A stretch of 36,911 bases of DNA from an uncultured Thermomicrobiales bacterium. GTDB taxonomy: Bacteria > Chloroflexota > Chloroflexia > Thermomicrobiales > CFX8. The notes beneath the pieces were generated by a model, which was not told the DNA's origin, ran no database searches, and saw nothing but the letters and a program-made list of their open reading frames with translations. Below, piece by piece: positions 16,665 to 25,531 of the stretch (positions within the stretch are counted from its first letter, which is position 1; every line of letters begins with the position of its first letter). The stretch spans positions 21,305 through 58,215 of the forward strand of contig CAYNTE010000001.1 in assembly GCA_964399615.1 (NCBI GenBank). The letters are read 5' to 3'. The translations under genes were made by a program, and so were the position numbers.

Positions 16665-18260
16665 TTAGATGCCAGCTCCGCCAAACCCTGAGATGATGTG
16701 CTCGAACGTCGCCTGCATCACTTCCATAAACGGACCTGGCCAGACGCCGAGGATTATCGTCAACGCCGCCAGCGGGATCAATGCAATCAATTCATTCCGG
16801 TTCGCGTCTGGCCACTGCTCCACGCCATACTCATCAACTGGCCATTCGCTCTCATGCGCCATGGTCTGCGGCTCAGCATCAGTGGACGCTCCCGTGACTG
16901 CAGGTAGTGCTGTATCGCCTGGATCTGGCGGCTCGCCCTCAGCCCGGCCCAGCACCACTCGCTGATAGAGCCAGAGCATGTACCACGCCGCGAAGATGAT
17001 GATCGACATGCCGATGACGCCCGCCCAACGGTGGACGTTGAACGCGCCGACGAGCGACAAGAATTCGCCAACGAAGCCAGACAGCCCAGGCAGGCCGAGC
17101 GAAGCCAGCGTAAATAAGCCGAACAATGCCGCGAACACCGGCATCCTGCTCACGACTCCGCCGAACTTGCTGATCTCACGCGTATGGGCGCGGTCGTAAA
17201 GCACACCGACACAGAAGAAGAGTCCGCCAGTCACGAAGCCGTGCGAGAGCATCACGATCATCGCGCCGTAGAGACCTTGCATATTGAAGGCAAAGATCCC
17301 CAGCGTCACAAATCCCATATGACTCACCGACGAATAGGCCACCAGCTTCTTCATATCGGGCTGGACGAGCGCAACTAACGCCCCATAGATGATGCCGATC
17401 AGCGACAAGACGATAATGTAGGGCGCGAGATCACGTGCTGCGTCCGGCGTCAACGACAGGTTGAAGCGGATCATCCCGTAGCCGCCCATCTTTAGCAGCA
17501 CGGAAGCCAGCAGCACCGAGCCCACCGTTGGCGCTTCGACGTGGGCATCTGGCAACCAAGTGTGGAACGGCCACATCGGCACCTTGACCGCAAAGGCGAT
17601 AAAGAATGCCAAGAAGACCCAGAACTGGAATGTATCGCTGTAGTTGCCCTGAGCCAGTTGCAGGATGTTGAGCGTGCGAACGCCCGTCTGGTCGTAATAC
17701 TCCCAGTAGAGCGCCACAATACCGACCAGCATCAGCAGGGATCCGAAGAGCGTGTAGAGGAAGAACTTCACTGCGGCATAGACGCGATTGTTGCTGCCCC
17801 AGATGCCGATCAGCAGCGCCATCGGCACCAGCATCAACTCCCAGAAGATGTAGAACAGGAACAGATCGACTGCGAAGAAAACGCCCACCATGCCCGTTTC
17901 CAGCAGCAGCAGAGCGATATAGAACTCGCGCCGCCGGAACTTGATCGATTGAGCAGCGATCACCCCCAGGAAGCTGATCAGCGTTGTCATGACCACCAGC
18001 AGCACCGAAACGCCATCGACGCCCATCTCGTAATTCGCGCCGACACTTGGCAGCCACGAGAGGTGCTCGGTCATCTGCATGCCAGACTCGCCCGTATCGA
18101 ACGCAGCCAGCATGGCCAGCGACGCGATGAAGGTGAGCGCTGTTGAGACGATCGCAATTTGCCGCGACATCTGCGGCGTTACCGATGCCCAGAAGAAGAG
18201 CACCAACGCCCCGACGAGCGGCAGGAAGGTTGTGATGCTTAGTATCGGTACGCTATCCAC
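16665..18260 (-). CDS. nuoM: NADH-quinone oxidoreductase subunit M
   Basis: Motifs FYIFWELML, KVPMWPFHTWLPDAHVEAP, KKLVAYSSVSHMG and GLPGLSGFVGEF. Confidence 0.96.
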   Translation of the reverse strand: MDSVPILSITTFLPLVGALVLFFWASVTPQMSRQIAIVSTALTFIASLAMLAAFDTGESGMQMTEHLSWLPSVGANYEMGVDGVSVLLVVMTTLISFLGVIAAQSIKFRRREFYIALLLLETGMVGVFFAVDLFLFYIFWELMLVPMALLIGIWGSNNRVYAAVKFFLYTLFGSLLMLVGIVALYWEYYDQTGVRTLNILQLAQGNYSDTFQFWVFLAFFIAFAVKVPMWPFHTWLPDAHVEAPTVGSVLLASVLLKMGGYGMIRFNLSLTPDAARDLAPYIIVLSLIGIIYGALVALVQPDMKKLVAYSSVSHMGFVTLGIFAFNMQGLYGAMIVMLSHGFVTGGLFFCVGVLYDRAHTREISKFGGVVSRMPVFAALFGLFTLASLGLPGLSGFVGEFLSLVGAFNVHRWAGVIGMSIIIFAAWYMLWLYQRVVLGRAEGEPPDPGDTALPAVTGASTDAEPQTMAHESEWPVDEYGVEQWPDANRNELIALIPLAALTIILGVWPGPFMEVMQATFEHIISGFGGAGI

Positions 18261-18269
18261 GCGCGCTCC

Positions 18270-20192
18270 CTATCCGCCGATGAGGTTACTTTGGAAGACG
18301 AACGCCAGGCCGATCACCACCACCGCCCCGATTGCAATCGCCAGCGCGTAATTCGCCACGAAACCAGTCTGCGCCTTGCGTAGCTGTCCTGATGAGAAAT
18401 TCACGAGACCCGCGACACCGTTGACGATGCCATCGATGATGCGGACATCAATAATTTGCCAGAGCACTCGTTCCGAGAACCAGTAGAGCGGGTGCACGAT
18501 GTAGCGCTCGTAGATCTCGTCCAGATACCACTTGTTGACGAAGAGCGTGTACACGCCGCGTGCCCTGCTCACCCACAGATCGGGCGCAAAGGCCGGGTGC
18601 TTCTTGACGTATGCCAGGTACATGATGATCGCGCCGCCGATGGCCAGTGCTGTCGAGATGGCTCCGAACGTCACCGTCATCGCTGTCGAGACACGATGCT
18701 CTGCTGCATGTGCGCCCTCGGCCAGCACCGTGAAATTCGGCTCCAAGAAATCGTGGATCCAGCCGTTCTCCGGCGGGAAGCCCAGGAAACCGATCAGCGC
18801 CGCAGGAATCGCCAGGATGATCAACGGCACTGTCATGCTTGCCGGTGACTCGTGCGGGTGGACCTCCTTGGAATCGAAGCGCTCTTCGCCGAGGAAGGTC
18901 ATAAAGGTAGCGCGGAAGATATAGAGCGACGAGAGGAAGGCCGCCACCAGCACGATAATCGTCAGAACATAGCGATTGTCGAGCCAGCCGCTGACGATCA
19001 GCTCATCCTTACTCCAGAAACCGGCAAAGAGGATGATGCCCGCGTTCGATGCCGCCGCGATCACGAACGTCCAGAACGTCGTCGGCATGTACTTCTTCAG
19101 GCCGCCCATCTTGCGCATGTCCTGATTGCCATCGACCGCGTGGATGACTGACCCACTGCCCAGGAAGAGCAATCCCTTGAAGAAGGCGTGTGTCATCAGG
19201 TGGAAGATCGCAGCCGTAAACGCCCCGACACCGATGGCGAAAGCCATGAATCCGAGATGCGAGACCGTCGAGTAGGCGACCACACGCTTGATATCGAACT
19301 GAGTCAAGGCAATCGTGCCAGCGATGAAGGCCGTCGCCGCGCCGATGATCGCCACCACCAGCAGCGCATCATCACTCTCGACAAAGATTGGGAAGAGCCG
19401 TGCCATCATGTAGATGCCCGCCGTCACCATCGTGGCCGCGTGCATCAGGGCCGAGACAGGTGTCGGACCCTCCATAGCGTCTGGCAACCAGACGAAGAGC
19501 GGGAACTGTGCCGATTTGCCGACCGCGCCAATGAAGAAGAGCAGCGCCATGATGGTGACGGTCGTATTGCCGAGTCCCGCAATATTCGGGAAGACCTCAC
19601 TGAAGACGAGCGAGCCCATCTTCCAGAAGACCAGCATGATGCCGACCGCAAAGGCAAAGTCACCAATTCGATTGACGATGAACGCCTTCTTGGCGGCCTG
19701 GTTGGCCGAGTGCCGCCGGAAATAGAACCCGATCAATAGGTACGAGGCGACACCGACACCTTCCCAGCCGAAGAAGAGCACCAGGAAGTTATCAGCCATC
19801 ACCAGCATCAGCATCGAGAAGACGAAGAACGGCATGAAGGCGAAGAAGCGGTAGTAACTCGGGTCGCCTTGCATGTAGCCGACCGAGTAGATCATCACCA
19901 GCAACGCAACGCCGGTCACGATCAGCAGCATGACCGCCGTCAGATGATCGACCATCAGACTCAGTGGGATGTCGAATTGCCCCGCCGGAATCCAGGTATA
20001 GAGATGCTGCCGAATCGGCTCATCGCTATCGAGCTGATCGATGAACGAGAGCACACTGAGGACGAACGATGCGCCGATAGTGGCGATCGCAACGTAGGCC
20101 GTCGCCGACCGGAAGTACCAGCGCCCGACAATATAGTTCACTACCGCCGCAAGCAGCGGGAGGAGTGGTATGAAGATGAGCAGATCCTGCAT
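18270..20192 (-). CDS. nuoL: NADH-quinone oxidoreductase subunit L
   Basis: Motifs GWEGVG, NRIGD, GKSAQFPLFVWLPDAMEGPTPVSALMHAATMV, HAFFK and NKWYLD. Confidence 0.97.
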   Translation of the reverse strand: MQDLLIFIPLLPLLAAVVNYIVGRWYFRSATAYVAIATIGASFVLSVLSFIDQLDSDEPIRQHLYTWIPAGQFDIPLSLMVDHLTAVMLLIVTGVALLVMIYSVGYMQGDPSYYRFFAFMPFFVFSMLMLVMADNFLVLFFGWEGVGVASYLLIGFYFRRHSANQAAKKAFIVNRIGDFAFAVGIMLVFWKMGSLVFSEVFPNIAGLGNTTVTIMALLFFIGAVGKSAQFPLFVWLPDAMEGPTPVSALMHAATMVTAGIYMMARLFPIFVESDDALLVVAIIGAATAFIAGTIALTQFDIKRVVAYSTVSHLGFMAFAIGVGAFTAAIFHLMTHAFFKGLLFLGSGSVIHAVDGNQDMRKMGGLKKYMPTTFWTFVIAAASNAGIILFAGFWSKDELIVSGWLDNRYVLTIIVLVAAFLSSLYIFRATFMTFLGEERFDSKEVHPHESPASMTVPLIILAIPAALIGFLGFPPENGWIHDFLEPNFTVLAEGAHAAEHRVSTAMTVTFGAISTALAIGGAIIMYLAYVKKHPAFAPDLWVSRARGVYTLFVNKWYLDEIYERYIVHPLYWFSERVLWQIIDVRIIDGIVNGVAGLVNFSSGQLRKAQTGFVANYALAIAIGAVVVIGLAFVFQSNLIGG

Positions 20193-20237
20193 TAGCTGGC
20201 GCTCTCTCCGAACGTGGCGGCATGCATCAGCACGCCG

Positions 20238-20546
20238 CTACTCACGCAATAGCCGGACATCGGCGACGTCCACCGAATCCACACGACGCGACAGGGCCAT
20301 GATAATACCGAGACCGACGACGGTTTCCGCCGCGGCCACCGCAATGACAAATAGTGCGAACACCTGACCAGTCAGACTGTTCTGCTCCCAGGCGAAGCCG
20401 ATCAGCGAGACATTGACGCCGTTGATCATTAGCTCGACCGACATGAAGATCGTAATCACATTGCGACGCGTCAACACCCCCATCATCCCGATGATGAAGA
20501 GCGCGGCGCTGAGCAGCAGGAAATGTGTTGCCGTCAATTCAGCCAT
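20238..20546 (-). CDS. nuoK: NADH-quinone oxidoreductase subunit K
   Basis: Motifs RRN..MSVELM and GQVFALFVIAVAAAE. Confidence 0.96.
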   Translation of the reverse strand: MAELTATHFLLLSAALFIIGMMGVLTRRNVITIFMSVELMINGVNVSLIGFAWEQNSLTGQVFALFVIAVAAAETVVGLGIIMALSRRVDSVDVADVRLLRE

Positions 20547-20549
20547 CGA

Positions 20550-21293
20550 TCAGCTCTCCTCATCCTCACGAACCGTGCCACCCGCCCAGGCGGCCGTGTC
20601 CGTGAAGGCCTCAGCGTCGTCGACCATGATCAAGCCATCTTCGACTCGCACTCCCGGCATCTCACCCTCCTGGCTGGCGATCAGCGCAGGCGAAAGCTCC
20701 GGCAGCGGGCGGTCCGTGCCACGCGGGTGGCCGAGCGAGATCAAGCCCGAACGCTTGGTCTGGCCCGGAGCGGTTGCCTCGTCGGGACGGGCAAGAACGA
20801 GCGCGGCGATGGTGCCGGCCAGCAGCACGATGGCTGTGACCTGGATCGGCAGCACATAGCCCGAGTAGAGCACCTGACCCAGTGCCTGAATATTGCCACC
20901 GACCGTCTGCACGGCTTCCGGACTCCAGGGGCCAGGCCGCCCGACCACGGTACGAGTCAGAATCGCGGCGGCCATCTCGCCCAGCAGGGCCAGACCGATG
21001 ATGAGTGCGAAGGCTAACTGCACCGGGTTGCCGCCGTGAAACTCCGGCAGATCATCGACCCGCACCAGCATGACCACAAAGAGAATCAGCACCAAAATCG
21101 CGCCCGAATAGACGACGAGCTGGACGGCAGCCATGAACTCGGCATGCAGGATGATGAAGATACCGGCAACATTGAGCGTCGAAACAATCAGCGATACGGC
21201 GCTGTGGACCGGGTTCGGGAAGACGACCACCCCAAGTGCACCGAGCACCGCAATGATCGCCAGGATGTCGAAGACGAGTACTTCAGCCGACAT
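20550..21293 (-). CDS. nuoJ: NADH-quinone oxidoreductase subunit J, with long C-terminal tail
   Basis: Motifs NPVHSA and AEFMAAVQLVVYSGAILVLILFVVML; position between nuoH and nuoK. Confidence 0.93.
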   Translation of the reverse strand: MSAEVLVFDILAIIAVLGALGVVVFPNPVHSAVSLIVSTLNVAGIFIILHAEFMAAVQLVVYSGAILVLILFVVMLVRVDDLPEFHGGNPVQLAFALIIGLALLGEMAAAILTRTVVGRPGPWSPEAVQTVGGNIQALGQVLYSGYVLPIQVTAIVLLAGTIAALVLARPDEATAPGQTKRSGLISLGHPRGTDRPLPELSPALIASQEGEMPGVRVEDGLIMVDDAEAFTDTAAWAGGTVREDEES

Positions 21294-21296
21294 CGC

Positions 21297-22337
21297 TTAG
21301 AAAATCTCCCCGCTGCGGAGCAACACAAAGAACCCAGTCAGGACCACGTTGGCCAGCACGAGCGGGAGCAGCACCTTCCAGGCCAGCCCCATCAACTGAT
21401 CGTAGCGGAAACGCGGGAGTGTCGCGCGCAACCAAACAAAGAAGAACAGGAAGATGAGCATCTTCGGGAAGAGCCACCAGATGCCATCGGCGATCGGGCC
21501 GTTGATGCCACCCAGGAAGAGTGTCGCCGCCAGCAGCGAGATCACGATAACCGCAATGAATTCACCCAGGAAATAGAACGACCAGCGGAAGCCCGAGTAC
21601 TCGGTGTGGAATCCACCGATCAGCTCCGTCTCCGCCTCTGGCAAGTCGAATGGTGGGCGGTTAGTCTCTGCCACCCCAGCGATCATGAAGAGCACGAAGG
21701 CGAGCGGCTGCGAGAAGATGTACCAGTTGGGCAAATTGAAATCGATGAAGCCAAGGTCGACATTCAGTGCCTGCGACTGCTGGTTCACGATATCGACCAG
21801 CGAAAGCGAGCCGGAGAGGATAAAGACCCCGACCAGCGAAAGACCCAGCACGATCTCATAACTGATGACCTGTGCCGCGGAGCGCAGCGCGCCGAGCAAC
21901 GAGAAGCGGTTGCCCGACGAGTAGCCGCCGAGGATGACCCCGTATGAGCCGACACTGCTGATGCCGAAGATGAAGAGAACAGCGACGTTGATGTCGGAGA
22001 CCCAGAGCCGGATCTCCTGGCCAAAGATCGTGACTGTCTCCCCGAAGGGGATAAAGAGGGCAATGAGAGGGGCGGTTGCAAAGGTAATCAACGGGGCAAT
22101 CGGGAAGATCCAGCGGTCTGCCCCAGCAGGTCGCAAATCTTCCTTGGCAATCAGCTTCACACCGTCGGCAAGTGGTTGGAACAGCCCAAATGGGCCGGTG
22201 CGATTTGGCCCCAATCGGTCTTGCATTACACCGAGCATGCGGCGCTCGAACCACGTCATATAGGCCATGCCGACGAGCATGACGTTGAGTACGATGAAAG
22301 CCGAGATGATCGTGATCCAGAATGGCTGGTCGACCAT
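21297..22337 (-). CDS. nuoH: NADH-quinone oxidoreductase subunit H
   Basis: Motifs ERR..MQDRLGPNR, QPLADGVKLIAKE, ETNRPPFDLPEAE and PRFRYDQLM. Confidence 0.97.
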   Translation of the reverse strand: MVDQPFWITIISAFIVLNVMLVGMAYMTWFERRMLGVMQDRLGPNRTGPFGLFQPLADGVKLIAKEDLRPAGADRWIFPIAPLITFATAPLIALFIPFGETVTIFGQEIRLWVSDINVAVLFIFGISSVGSYGVILGGYSSGNRFSLLGALRSAAQVISYEIVLGLSLVGVFILSGSLSLVDIVNQQSQALNVDLGFIDFNLPNWYIFSQPLAFVLFMIAGVAETNRPPFDLPEAETELIGGFHTEYSGFRWSFYFLGEFIAVIVISLLAATLFLGGINGPIADGIWWLFPKMLIFLFFFVWLRATLPRFRYDQLMGLAWKVLLPLVLANVVLTGFFVLLRSGEIF

Positions 22338-22471
22338 GCGGCGGCCTATCTCCCCCTTCGTTCTCCACCAGATCCGCTACCCCCGGAGCTGGGATCTGGC
22401 TCGCCAGAATGGCGCTTGGTCAGTGTACCCCATCGGGCCCTCAGATTCCGGCCCGATCCCGAGACGCTTCT

Positions 22472-23722
22472 CTAGCGATCGACGGACCCAAGCACGATAT
22501 CTATCGTCCCAATCAAGGCTACGGCATCCGCCACCATCGCCCCCTCCGCCATATACGGCAATACCTGCAGGTTCACGAAATCAGGCGACTTGATACGTAA
22601 GCGATAGGGTACGCTGGACCCATCCGAAACGATGTAATATCCCAGCTCTCCCTTCGACTGCTCGATCGCGTGATACACCTCGCCCTTGGGTGCGTTGAAA
22701 CCCTTGATCACCCAGACGAAGTGCCGCTGCATATCCTCGGCCGTGCGCAGCACAGTGTCATGCGGCGGGATCACATAATTCAGATCATTCGCCATGATTG
22801 GCCCCTCAGCAGGCATCTGATCGAGGCACTGGCGGATGATCTTCATCGCCTGTCGCATCTCTTCCATGCGCACCATGTAGCGGTCAAAGACATCGCCATT
22901 CGAGCCGAGCGGCACTTCGAAATCGAGCCGGTCATAGATCAAATACGGTTGGGCCTTGCGAACGTCGTAATTGATTCCGCTGCCACGCAGACATGCTCCG
23001 GTCAGGCCGTAATCCAGCGCAACTTCCGGTTCGATGACGCCGATACCTCGCGTTCGCGCCAGCCAGATCGGGTTGTCGGTCAAGAGATCGACCCAATCCT
23101 GTTGCGCGCCGGGGAACTCATCGAGGAATTTCTCAATCAGTTCAATCGTCTCGGGCTTGATATCGCGCGAGAAGCCGCCGATCTCCATCATGTTCGTCGT
23201 CAGTCTCGCGCCGCAGAATTGCTCGAAAATATCCAGAATCTTCTCGCGCTCGATGAAGGTGTAGAGCACGACCGAGAGCGCACCGATGTCGATAGCATGC
23301 GTGCCGAGCCAGACACAGTGGCTAGCGATGCGTGAGAGTTCCGCCATGATCACCCGCAGATACTGCGCGCGTTCCGGCGCAACAATGCCGCACAACTTTT
23401 CGACCGCCATGATGTAGCCGAGATTGTTGAGTGGAGCCGCTACGTAGTCCGTGCGATCGGTCCACGGGGTGAACTGACTGTAGCGAACCTTCTCGCCGAT
23501 CTTCTCTATGCCACGATGGAGATAGCCGATGATCGGGTCGGCGCTGACGATCACTTCACCATCGAGCGTCAGGAGCAGCCGCATCACGCCGTGCGTCGAG
23601 GGATGCTGCGGACCCATGTTCAGGATCATCTCGCGACGGCCACCACCGAGGTCGCGCTCATCCTCCAGTTGCCAGGTGCCGAATTCGCCGCTATTTTCTT
23701 TGGTTGCAGCTGCAAACGACAT
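22472..23722 (-). CDS. nuoD: NADH-quinone oxidoreductase subunit D
   Basis: Motifs NMGPQHPSTHGVMRL, GYLHRGIEK, DRTDY, KGELG and DIVLGSVDR. No NiFe-binding CxxC. Confidence 0.96.
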   Translation of the reverse strand: MSFAAATKENSGEFGTWQLEDERDLGGGRREMILNMGPQHPSTHGVMRLLLTLDGEVIVSADPIIGYLHRGIEKIGEKVRYSQFTPWTDRTDYVAAPLNNLGYIMAVEKLCGIVAPERAQYLRVIMAELSRIASHCVWLGTHAIDIGALSVVLYTFIEREKILDIFEQFCGARLTTNMMEIGGFSRDIKPETIELIEKFLDEFPGAQQDWVDLLTDNPIWLARTRGIGVIEPEVALDYGLTGACLRGSGINYDVRKAQPYLIYDRLDFEVPLGSNGDVFDRYMVRMEEMRQAMKIIRQCLDQMPAEGPIMANDLNYVIPPHDTVLRTAEDMQRHFVWVIKGFNAPKGEVYHAIEQSKGELGYYIVSDGSSVPYRLRIKSPDFVNLQVLPYMAEGAMVADAVALIGTIDIVLGSVDR

Positions 23723-23725
23723 GTC

Positions 23726-24457
23726 TTAGAGCCTCCGGAAATCTTTGACGCGCTTCGCCGCTCCCTCTTCAAAGCCAGGTTCGATGTAGGGCGAGTAGCC
23801 ACGAATCGGGTAATCCTTGCGAAGCGGGTGACCTTCCGACCAATCTTCGGCCAGCAACATCCGTCGCAAATCAGGGTGTCCCTCGAAGGTGATGCCGAAC
23901 ATGTCGTAGCACTCGCGCTCCAGCCAGCCAGCTGCCGTGTAGACCTGCGTCAGCGTTGGAATTGACTGGTCCTCCTCAATGCCCGTCTTGATGCGCAGCC
24001 GCCAGCGTCGCTTGATCGAATAGAGCGTGGCTACAACATCGAAACGAGGGGAGGGCCGCAAGCGCAACATGTCGACCGCCGTCAAATCGCTCAGCAAGCG
24101 GTAGGAGAGGTCCTGATCGTCGCGCAGCACCGTCATCGCGTCGATCCAGATAGAGGGGTCGACGCGGATCGTCACCTCGTCGCGAAAGAAAATCGTCTCC
24201 AGCACACGCTCGCCAAAGAGCGCTCGCAGCGCCACGATGGCGGGATGATCCTCACTGAGCGGTCCCCAGAAACCAGTGATCACCCAGCTTGGGTCGATCT
24301 TCGCGATGCCAGTCTTATCGTGCGCTCGCTCGGTGAGGTTTCGCTCAGCGATCTCGGTCATCCAGGGCGATTCACTCTTGATGGACTCCAGCTCAGAGCT
24401 TGAGACCGGCGGTTCACCGCTGGACATTCCTTGACCGTTTGCTTGATCGTCAGCCAT
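23726..24457 (-). CDS. nuoC: NADH-quinone oxidoreductase subunit C, with N-terminal extension
   Basis: Motif WLERECYDMFGITFEGHPDLRR..GHPLRKDYP. Start is 24457 or 24469. Confidence 0.94.
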   Translation of the reverse strand: MADDQANGQGMSSGEPPVSSSELESIKSESPWMTEIAERNLTERAHDKTGIAKIDPSWVITGFWGPLSEDHPAIVALRALFGERVLETIFFRDEVTIRVDPSIWIDAMTVLRDDQDLSYRLLSDLTAVDMLRLRPSPRFDVVATLYSIKRRWRLRIKTGIEEDQSIPTLTQVYTAAGWLERECYDMFGITFEGHPDLRRMLLAEDWSEGHPLRKDYPIRGYSPYIEPGFEEGAAKRVKDFRRL

Positions 24458-24489
24458 CGAATCGCACACTTTCCATGAGATCGAAGCGT

Positions 24490-25080
24490 CTAGCGGCTCA
24501 CAACTTCCAGTGGTCGCTCTGGTGGAGTCGGCCGGCCGAGTGCTTCGCGCAGTGCCTGACGGTGCGCCTCACGCTGCCGCTCCGCCTCTTCGACGCCGGA
24601 CTTGCGCACGATGCGGTCGTACTTGATGACCTCATTCTGCAGCTGCAAGACCCCATAGTAGAGCGCCTCTGGCACCGGCGGGCAGCCTTCGACATAGACA
24701 TCGACCGGGATAACCTGATCGACGCCCTGGACCACTGCATAGGTATCGAACGGGCCGCCGACATTGGCGCACGAGCCCATCGACAGCACCCACTTGGGGT
24801 CAGCCATCTGGTCGTAGAGCGTGCGTACGACGGGGGCCATCTTCTTGGTTACGGTGCCGGCGATGATCATCATATCGGCCTGGCGCGGCGAGGCGCGGAA
24901 GAGCATGCCGAAGCGCTCGCCCATATCGAAACGAGGTTGCATCGCCGCGATCATCTCGATCGCACAGCACGCCAACCCGAACTGCAGCCACCACAGACTA
25001 GAGCGTCGTGCCCAGTTGAAGAGCCAGTCGACCGAGGTTGTCAGAACATTGTCGTCAAATCGATTTTCCATCATACCCAT
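24490..25080 (-). CDS. nuoB: NADH-quinone oxidoreductase subunit B
   Basis: [20 protein letters not shown] and [10 protein letters not shown] (all four N2 cysteines). Start set at ATG 25080, overlapping the nuoA stop (the track gives 25191). Confidence 0.96.
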   Translation of the reverse strand: MGMMENRFDDNVLTTSVDWLFNWARRSSLWWLQFGLACCAIEMIAAMQPRFDMGERFGMLFRASPRQADMMIIAGTVTKKMAPVVRTLYDQMADPKWVLSMGSCANVGGPFDTYAVVQGVDQVIPVDVYVEGCPPVPEALYYGVLQLQNEVIKYDRIVRKSGVEEAERQREAHRQALREALGRPTPPERPLEVVSR

Positions 25081-25427
25081 TCGAGGCCACCCTTCTTCCA
25101 CTCGTAGGCCAGGCCAAAGAGCAGGATAGAGATAAAGGCAACGGCCTGGATGTAGCCATACAGCCCCAATGCGTCGAAGGCCACAGCCCACGGAAAGAGA
25201 AAGATGGCTTCAACATCGAACACGACGAAGAGGAGCGCCACCACGTAGTAGCGCGGCGTGTAGCGGTGCTCGGGTGGCTCGATGTCCGGCACACCCGATT
25301 CATATGGTTGCGATTTCTTGGGATTCGGCCGTCTGGGACGGATAAGTGTGCCAACGAGCAGCAGAGAGCCGCCCATGACCACGGCCAGCACCAAAGCGAT
25401 GCCGATTATTGCGTAATTCTCGAGCAA
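25071..25427 (-). CDS. nuoA: NADH-quinone oxidoreductase subunit A
   Basis: Motifs [20 protein letters not shown] and [13 protein letters not shown] start with AGGAGG RBS. Confidence 0.96.
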   Translation of the reverse strand: MLENYAIIGIALVLAVVMGGSLLLVGTLIRPRRPNPKKSQPYESGVPDIEPPEHRYTPRYYVVALLFVVFDVEAIFLFPWAVAFDALGLYGYIQAVAFISILLFGLAYEWKKGGLEWV

Positions 25428-25531
25428 CGTGGGCGGCCTCCTGTCTGTCCCCGCGACACTTGTACCCTCGTCGCTACTATAACAAGGCGGCCCTAATTTT
25501 GTGTACCGAACCGGCAGGAGATACTCGCCGC

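Noticed and set aside
22400-22440. Fluoride riboswitch-like start (CGATGGGGT) in the nuoD-nuoH spacer
   Set aside because: The downstream TGATGAC..CTAC pairing element is absent and the gene context does not fit.
22472-23722. Group 4 NiFe hydrogenase large subunit as an explanation for the reduced cluster
   Set aside because: NuoD lacks both Ni-binding CxxC motifs and keeps the quinone-site His/Tyr motifs.
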